IMG/VR virus record: IMGVR_UViG_3300028048_001169
Coordinates: 1-64,000 of that record
DNA from: a virus
Lineage: Duplodnaviria > Caudoviricetes
DNA: 64,000 nucleotides
Direction: 5' to 3' (one strand)
Shown here in pieces: positions 57,476 through 64,000 of the stretch. The notes below the pieces were generated by a model that worked only from the letters and a program-made list of their open reading frames with translations, ran no database searches and was not told the origin of the DNA. Made by a program: the position numbers and the translations under genes. How positions within the stretch are numbered: the stretch's first letter is position 1; the number at the start of each line of letters is the position of its first letter.

Positions 57476-59923
57476 ATGTCAAAGAAATCTTATCTTTGTC
57501 CATATTGTAATAAGCGATTTCATCGTGATGCAATGATTGGACATATTGATCGAATGCATGAGGAGCAATTACCAAAAGGATTTACTCCATTACAAATGAC
57601 ATTCCACATTGCAAATAATCGTCCTGTTGATTATAGAAGAAAGTGTCGTGTTTGTGGAAAACCTACAGAGTGGGACGAAAATAAAGGACGTTATAATTTT
57701 TTGTGTTCAAATCCAAGATGTAAAGATCTTTGGGTTAAAAATATGAAGAATAATATGGGTGATAAGTTTGGAGCTTATCGTCCAACTGCTACTCCAGAAG
57801 GATTAAAGAAAATGTTGGCTAGTCGGAAAATATCTGGCAAGTATAAATGGTCAGATGGCGTTATTTTTGACTATACTGGTTCTTATGAATTGGCTACATT
57901 AAAATTCTTTGATAAGGTATTAAACGTTAAGTCAGAAGATATCGAATGTCCTGGACCTGTTATTAATTATAACTTCAAAGGACAGAATCATCTTTATATT
58001 ACAGATTTATATTATAGACCATATAATTTAGTCATTGAAGTAAAAGATGGTGGAGATAATCCTAGAGGTGGTGCAAATATTGCTTTGACTAGAGAAAAGC
58101 AGATGGCAAAGGAGCAGCATATTATTAAGAATACTGACTTTAATTATCTGAGATTAACAGATAAAGATTTTTCTCAAGTATTATCAGTATTTGCTGATCT
58201 AAAGCTCCATCTTGTAGAGAATGATAAATCCAGAACAATTCACGTTAATGAAAACAGTGCAATTGCTGGTATTACACCTATGGTAGGATTTCGATCAGGA
58301 GATGCAGTTATTGTAAACTATTTAAAGCATAATACCTTTGTAGATGAAAAAGATTATGCTATTTGTGATTCTCCTAAGTTTGATACTGTATTTGCTCGTA
58401 ATGAGAATGGTATATTGGAGCAGTTTGATGCTACATTCTTTGAGAATTGTGACTATACTCCATATATTATCCGTAATGGTAAGTATATTTGTGAAGATGC
58501 TTTATCAGAGAATCTGAATAAAAAGATTCCAGAGAAGTTTTTATATGAGGTGATGTTTGGACATCCTTGTCTTACAGATGATCAGATTATGTTTGAATCA
58601 TCTGCTGAAGAGTATAAGGATTTCTACCAAGAGATTTCTGATATAGAGCATCAGATTGATTCGTATATTGGCTATTACCCTGAACCGATAAAAGAAGGTT
58701 TTCTTTTTTCTGAAAAAGATTTAGCATATAACTATGATGAATTTAGAAAAGGAAAAGTTAATATCTTATTTATTACAGGTCATTCTGGAGCAGGTAAATC
58801 TACAATAGCAAGGAGATTATCCGATGTTGCTAAGGCTGATTATGTAGATCTTGATGATATTATTAGTCCTGAACTGTTTTCTGATGAAGGGTTAAAGGAT
58901 TATGGTCAAGTTGTATACGACTTCTTTACTAAAGATAAGACTGGTATTAAATATCGTTATGGTAATTTAGATAGTATCAAATCTGGTTCAGAGCAATATG
59001 ATTACTTATTAGATTTAGCTAGTGCTTTTATACGATTTGCTATTAAATCTGGTAAGAGATTAATCATTGAAGGTATTGAATTATTTGTCTTATTAGATGC
59101 TAGTAAATTAACCTATGATGAGTTATTGAACTACGGTGTTATTGTTATGGGTACTAGTGGTATAAAGTCTTCAAAACGAGCAGTTGATCGAGACAATCAA
59201 TCCATCAAAGTATCCATTAAAACCAGATTAGCTCAGATAATAAAGCGTATACATTTTGCAATACAAGCAGAATTTAGCCTTAAGAAATTAAGAAAGGTAT
59301 TATCAGAAGAAACTTTTATGGATTTCGATAAAGAATTTTTAACAGAGAAAGCCGTTGCTGGGTATGACTATACAGAGGCAATTAAACGTCGTTGGGGCAT
59401 TTATGCAGACGACGAATCTTATAATTGCTGTGTACTGGTAAAAGGGTATCAGAAACCAATGCGTGGTAGAAGCTCTTTAATTGTATTGAAAGAAAAGAAC
59501 GGTAAGTATTATGTATACTTACGTCATAATACAATTGATCATGAATATAATGCACCGGGTGGTGGATGGAATCTTAATGAAGATCCAAAGGATGCTGCTA
59601 TTAGAGAAACTCAAGAAGAGGCTCATATTAATACAAAAGAAGTAATGCATTGTGGATGTCGCATTGAGTATTATGATAAAGTTCACGATTGGGTAAAGAC
59701 TCATGTAAAGAAGAAAGATTGGTGGTATGGTTACTATACAGAAATCTATGTAGGTATGTATGATGGTAAGTATACTGGTGAAGTAGATGCTCGAGATAGA
59801 GATCCGATTGAGCTTACTGCTAAATTCTACCAAGTTGATCAATTGGATTTAAATGATTTATATCCTGAGTATAAAGCAGCAATTGATCAGTATATTAAAT
59901 ACCATACAGCACATCTGATCTAA
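57476..59923 (+). CDS. multidomain late protein: Zn fingers + TnsA/gp4-like PD-(D/E)xK nuclease + P-loop kinase + Nudix hydrolase
   Basis: CPYC..H..H, CRVC; SYE...YITD...IEVK; GHSGAGKST; GGGWNLNEDPKDAAIRETQEEA. Confidence 0.75.
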   Translation: MSKKSYLCPYCNKRFHRDAMIGHIDRMHEEQLPKGFTPLQMTFHIANNRPVDYRRKCRVCGKPTEWDENKGRYNFLCSNPRCKDLWVKNMKNNMGDKFGAYRPTATPEGLKKMLASRKISGKYKWSDGVIFDYTGSYELATLKFFDKVLNVKSEDIECPGPVINYNFKGQNHLYITDLYYRPYNLVIEVKDGGDNPRGGANIALTREKQMAKEQHIIKNTDFNYLRLTDKDFSQVLSVFADLKLHLVENDKSRTIHVNENSAIAGITPMVGFRSGDAVIVNYLKHNTFVDEKDYAICDSPKFDTVFARNENGILEQFDATFFENCDYTPYIIRNGKYICEDALSENLNKKIPEKFLYEVMFGHPCLTDDQIMFESSAEEYKDFYQEISDIEHQIDSYIGYYPEPIKEGFLFSEKDLAYNYDEFRKGKVNILFITGHSGAGKSTIARRLSDVAKADYVDLDDIISPELFSDEGLKDYGQVVYDFFTKDKTGIKYRYGNLDSIKSGSEQYDYLLDLASAFIRFAIKSGKRLIIEGIELFVLLDASKLTYDELLNYGVIVMGTSGIKSSKRAVDRDNQSIKVSIKTRLAQIIKRIHFAIQAEFSLKKLRKVLSEETFMDFDKEFLTEKAVAGYDYTEAIKRRWGIYADDESYNCCVLVKGYQKPMRGRSSLIVLKEKNGKYYVYLRHNTIDHEYNAPGGGWNLNEDPKDAAIRETQEEAHINTKEVMHCGCRIEYYDKVHDWVKTHVKKKDWWYGYYTEIYVGMYDGKYTGEVDARDRDPIELTAKFYQVDQLDLNDLYPEYKAAIDQYIKYHTAHLI

Positions 59924-59939
59924 AGAGAGGAGACGTTTA

Positions 59940-62900
59940 ATGACAGCAGATTATGTATTAGATCTCTCAGATAATCTCGAAGATCTAGAACAAGATATGA
60001 GTAACTGGATGCAGTTGCCATATGATATGAGAAAACGTTCAAACGATGCTTGTATTATGAAATATGGTTGCACGAATGAGCAGTTATATAATATGATTAA
60101 AGCACGTTTGATGAATATTGATATGAATGAGTATGATCCAGAGAATAAGATTTCTATGGAACAAGCTCTTATTCATGAGAAAGCTTTATTATCTGAATCT
60201 AGCAAGGAAGAGAAACCAATTGTAGAATTCGATGAATTGGGATATCGGCTAATGGAGAATGAATGGCTCCATGATCATGATATGAAGATCTATGATCTAA
60301 CAGAAGATACCCTTACAGATGATTTTGAATTGGATTCATTAAATGAAGCTGATTTATTCCCTGGTTCTGCAAAGCCTATTTATATTGTATTGTCTTATAC
60401 AAGTACCATCGTTGGTAGATTGATTACATCTGTAAAGAAGTGTACATATTCTCATGCTTGTATCTCTATGGATCATAAGCTGCATAATATGTATAGCTTC
60501 AATCTTCGTACTAATAAAGGAGTTAATGGTATATCAGTAGAAGATATTAAGGATTATCCACAAGGTCCTAACTCCAAATTATTAGTTATGGCAATCTTTG
60601 TTACAGATGACGTAAAGAAGAAGATTGAGAGTAACTTAAAATGGTTTACAGATAATAAGAACAAAACAAAGTATGATATATCTGATTTCGTATATATTCT
60701 TTTTAATAAAAAGAAAGAAACAGGTACAAACAATAACTTTGGTATGGTATGTAGTCAGTTTGTAGACTATACTCTGAAGATGGCAAATATCAATATTACG
60801 GATAAACCATCTAATTTAGTAACACCAGAAGACTTCAATACTATTCGTTCTAAGAATCAAGATATGTATGCTGTATATGAAGGTCCTCTTAATCAATATA
60901 ATGAAAAGAAGACATACTTCAAAGTATATCGTCTAAGTCAGAAGATCAATACAACTAATAAATTTACCGTTGGTATGAATAATATCATATCTAAGATTAC
61001 AGAATCTATGGTATTGGACGAAGTTGGTGTTAAAGTTATTGATAAAGATGGTGATTATCATTATGCAACGAATAAGAAGCACCTTAAAGGATACACATCA
61101 GATGGACAAATCAATGTCAATTTGAAGAAGATTCAGATGGGTGATAAAGTACATGAAATGGATGATGACTTAGTTGTTATTAATGACTTTATATCCGATG
61201 ATCGTCCAGATTATAGTATGGGAGAATTAGAAGATCTTTATAATATTTATGTAACCGCTACAATGGATCATAAGAAAAGATCTGATGCATACTCTATTCA
61301 AATCTGGGGAGCTCCTGTTCCTACGATGTACCAGCGAATGAAAGAGAAGTTAAAAGCATTTGCTGATAATGAAGAAATAGAGAAGAGTGTTGATGATGGT
61401 AATTTCAAATTTACGCCATCTAAGACAGATCAAGAATTGATTGCTTATAAAGAATCTATAACAGAAACAGCACAAGATAATCTTGAGTCTATGATTCGTA
61501 AATTGGATTGTATTATCCCTTCAAAAGAGCGTTCTTTATATGAGCAATATGTATTGGAATCCTTTGGTCAAACTATTAAAGTAAACGGTCATTCTTATCG
61601 TCAGGATATGCCTGGTGTTACTCCATTTCTTACTTATACAGAGTACCTTCATAATCCTAGAGTACATGATGAACGTAAGTTGATGAATATCGATCCGTTT
61701 ACTTATGTATTTAATTACAAAGATTCTAAGACATCTCTTCAGCATTATTATGATAATAATGAAGTGGATAAGATTGAAGATGCTCGTTGGAATAAGTATA
61801 TTCGGCCAGATGAGAAATCAATTGAATATGCGAAAGAGAAACAAGCAAAGTGGATGGATGAGCATTATAGTTTTGATATCTATAATATCGAGAATTTTAC
61901 TTCTAGATTAGAACCTACATCAACAATTAATGAATCCATGGATATTGTTGAGAATGGTAAACGATTAGTTCCTGTCTACATTATCATGGGATTCAATAAG
62001 AAGTATTCTGTTGTAGATTTCTTCGGTAAGACTCATAAATATAAGATACCAAACTATAATCATGTAGGAATCTCTTCTACTCCTAATTTTACAACGGTTT
62101 ACACATTCTCTCACAAGATGAATAGTAATATAGCGGATCGTTTGGAGAAGGAGAATTTCAATCATGATTACGATAAGTATCAGACGATTCAAGTTATTAC
62201 ATTCTTTGTATCTTCAGATGTAAAGAAGAGAATAATGGATAGCTTAGAAAATTATCTTAAAGCACAAGATAACACTGCAGGGGATTTTGATACTATCATG
62301 AATATTGTCACAAATCCACCTAAGGTTGTTCATAAAGATCCTCACGTATTATTTGGATACTTTATTGATTCTATTTTTAGAATTGCTGATATTTATGATC
62401 AGACTGGTAGTTATTTCGATAAGCATAAAACTTCAGAGAATGCAAAGCTCTATATTATGTATACTGGTGAGGTTCGTCGTTATAAACCTGGAAAGGTTAT
62501 GAAAGCAATTGAAGAATTAAAGAAGAATGAAAACTTCAAAGATTACAACTTCTTACCTGGAAGTATTACTGACCATCAGTTTGATTATTATGATTTTGAG
62601 ACATATCGTATTAAGTTCGAAAATACGAATGTCCAGAATATAATAAATGAGATTAGAGAATACTTAACTCCAGTAGCGTTCTTTGAAGAGACATTACCAT
62701 ATCAATCTTATGATGAATATCTGAATCGATATAATGAGATTATCACAATACTAAATCAGTATAATGATAATGATGAAGAAGGAATTAAACGTGCATTATC
62801 TGATTTAAGAGATCTTATTTCACTCTTAGAGAAAGAAATAAAGAAAATGCAGAAGGATCATCCTGAGTATGAACGATTTACTATTCTTTTATCTGATGCA

Positions 62901-63026
62901 AAAATGAATTGTGAAGAGTATACAAAAGTAGTAAAGAAATTAGATTCCGATTATAGTGATCACAATTCACTAAAGGAATCTGTTGATCATACAATATACA
63001 AATACTCTTTCAGAAGAACCGAGTAA
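59940..63026 (+). CDS. multidomain virion protein with permuted NlpC/P60 (YiiX-like) domain and a degenerate second copy
   Basis: YSHACIS...CSQFV (His before Cys); second copy YNHVGIS has no matching Cys. Confidence 0.65.
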   Translation: MTADYVLDLSDNLEDLEQDMSNWMQLPYDMRKRSNDACIMKYGCTNEQLYNMIKARLMNIDMNEYDPENKISMEQALIHEKALLSESSKEEKPIVEFDELGYRLMENEWLHDHDMKIYDLTEDTLTDDFELDSLNEADLFPGSAKPIYIVLSYTSTIVGRLITSVKKCTYSHACISMDHKLHNMYSFNLRTNKGVNGISVEDIKDYPQGPNSKLLVMAIFVTDDVKKKIESNLKWFTDNKNKTKYDISDFVYILFNKKKETGTNNNFGMVCSQFVDYTLKMANINITDKPSNLVTPEDFNTIRSKNQDMYAVYEGPLNQYNEKKTYFKVYRLSQKINTTNKFTVGMNNIISKITESMVLDEVGVKVIDKDGDYHYATNKKHLKGYTSDGQINVNLKKIQMGDKVHEMDDDLVVINDFISDDRPDYSMGELEDLYNIYVTATMDHKKRSDAYSIQIWGAPVPTMYQRMKEKLKAFADNEEIEKSVDDGNFKFTPSKTDQELIAYKESITETAQDNLESMIRKLDCIIPSKERSLYEQYVLESFGQTIKVNGHSYRQDMPGVTPFLTYTEYLHNPRVHDERKLMNIDPFTYVFNYKDSKTSLQHYYDNNEVDKIEDARWNKYIRPDEKSIEYAKEKQAKWMDEHYSFDIYNIENFTSRLEPTSTINESMDIVENGKRLVPVYIIMGFNKKYSVVDFFGKTHKYKIPNYNHVGISSTPNFTTVYTFSHKMNSNIADRLEKENFNHDYDKYQTIQVITFFVSSDVKKRIMDSLENYLKAQDNTAGDFDTIMNIVTNPPKVVHKDPHVLFGYFIDSIFRIADIYDQTGSYFDKHKTSENAKLYIMYTGEVRRYKPGKVMKAIEELKKNENFKDYNFLPGSITDHQFDYYDFETYRIKFENTNVQNIINEIREYLTPVAFFEETLPYQSYDEYLNRYNEIITILNQYNDNDEEGIKRALSDLRDLISLLEKEIKKMQKDHPEYERFTILLSDAKMNCEEYTKVVKKLDSDYSDHNSLKESVDHTIYKYSFRRTE

Positions 63027-63090
63027 ATTTATTTTTGGTCATATATTATAAATAGGTAGTAGATAAAAGTTCTAGGGAGGAGATTACACT

Positions 63091-63339
63091 ATGAGATCAG
63101 GAAATTCGTTTAATTGTCCATGTTATGGGTGTGTTGCACCGACACGACATCCATACTGTAAACAGGATGGGACTTGTCCACATCAAGAAGAATACAAAGC
63201 GTATGAAGAAAGGCGAGAAGAGTATCGACAGACTGTTCGAAAGTTGAGACAAGAACAAGATGGCTTGCTATTTCGCAATATAAAGCATGTAAAAGCACCT
63301 ATAAAGGCTCTTACAACTCATAAGTATAGAAACAGATAA
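63091..63339 (+). CDS. small Cys-rich protein
   Basis: Early motif 63039, GGAGG; CPCYGC..RHPYC...C. Confidence 0.75.
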   Translation: MRSGNSFNCPCYGCVAPTRHPYCKQDGTCPHQEEYKAYEERREEYRQTVRKLRQEQDGLLFRNIKHVKAPIKALTTHKYRNR

Positions 63340-63429
63340 TATTATTAATTACTCTAGGGATTATTTATTTTTCCCTAGAGTTTTTATAAGGGAACCATTT
63401 GAAATAGAAAAGGATAGGAGTAAAGAAAA

Positions 63430-63639
63430 ATGAGCTGGCAAACGGCAAGTGTACTTAGTTGGTCATTAGCATCTATAGCTGAATTAGTGGTTATTTTTGC
63501 ACTAATTTATCTCTGTAAGAAGGATAAATTGAAGGATAAAATACATGGAATGGTGGCAGTATTATTATCTTTGGCTACTTTTATAGCATATATACTGATT
63601 ATCCCATTTTCGCTCATACTATTACCAATATACTATTAA
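63430..63639 (+). CDS. small two-TM membrane protein
   Basis: AGGAG RBS, two hydrophobic helices. Confidence 0.7.
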   Translation: MSWQTASVLSWSLASIAELVVIFALIYLCKKDKLKDKIHGMVAVLLSLATFIAYILIIPFSLILLPIYY

Positions 63640-63694
63640 ATTATAATAGAAGAAACTTATTAATAATCTTATAAAGAAAGGATGATTATTATTT

Positions 63695-64000
63695 ATGGAA
63701 TTAGGTAATAAGAAATTACCAGAGCATTACATGGATCGTTATATAGGATACAAATTCTTCAAAGAAAATGAAGATCATTCATTTGATATCGTAAGAGTGA
63801 TTCGTGCAACTTCAGATAACAAAGTAATACTGGTACATGATAACAATACACATCCAACAACAGAAGATTATACATATCTTAAAGAATATACACCATTAGA
63901 TCCATATGGTGTAATGTCATTTAATATTGTAGGTATTTATTCATCTTATGATAAGCCAGATGGAACTACTGGTAGAGAATTATGTAAAGATGTCGTTATT
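63695..64000 (+). CDS. hypothetical protein, 3'-truncated by window
   Basis: AAGGA RBS, ATG 63695, frame open to the window end (MELGNKKLPEHY...). Confidence 0.65.
   Translation, partial: MELGNKKLPEHYMDRYIGYKFFKENEDHSFDIVRVIRATSDNKVILVHDNNTHPTTEDYTYLKEYTPLDPYGVMSFNIVGIYSSYDKPDGTTGRELCKDVVI

Noticed and set aside
57476-58250. Tn7-like transposon or free-standing homing endonuclease
   Set aside because: The TnsA-like domain is fused within a late polyprotein; no TnsB/TnsC, terminal repeats or interrupted host gene.
1-64000. Stop-codon reassignment, or introns/inteins in the terminase and polymerase
   Set aside because: Code 11 gives dense, full-length genes with TAA, TAG and TGA all used as stops; no intein or intron signatures seen.

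Overview
This window is a 64-kb AT-rich piece of a jumbo myophage genome of the AR9/PBS1/phiKZ-related type. Strong AGGAGG ribosome-binding sites suggest a Firmicutes host, and the standard genetic code fits. Morphogenesis genes include a T4 gp21-like prohead protease, large terminase, baseplate gp6- and gp25-like proteins, a frameshifting tail chaperone and many internal-head paralogues. Replication and nucleotide genes include half of a split family-B DNA polymerase, primase, RusA, dNMP kinase, dCMP deaminase and dUTPase. There is also a GroEL-like chaperonin and a likely sigma-like subunit of a phage non-virion RNA polymerase. Two phage promoter motifs recur: T(C/T)ATATA(C/T)TAT(A/T), putatively early, and AACA-N6-TA, putatively late. 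The main findings are: (1) a solitary Cas7/Csm3-like RAMP gene with no CRISPR array, facing a promoter-driven, stem-closed ncRNA candidate; (2) a 10-aa N-terminal tag (MIYGQTFLNE) on unrelated proteins, resembling the T4 capsid-targeting sequence, plus polyproteins punctuated by the same protease-type sites, suggesting a modular injected-cargo system; (3) a tRNA-Gly-like RNA whose anticodon loop is replaced by a cUUCGg tetraloop; (4) a duplicated, covarying 5' leader RNA; (5) a -1 frameshift site; (6) a dUTPase with Glu in place of the catalytic Asp. All family assignments come from motif recognition by eye, not database searches.
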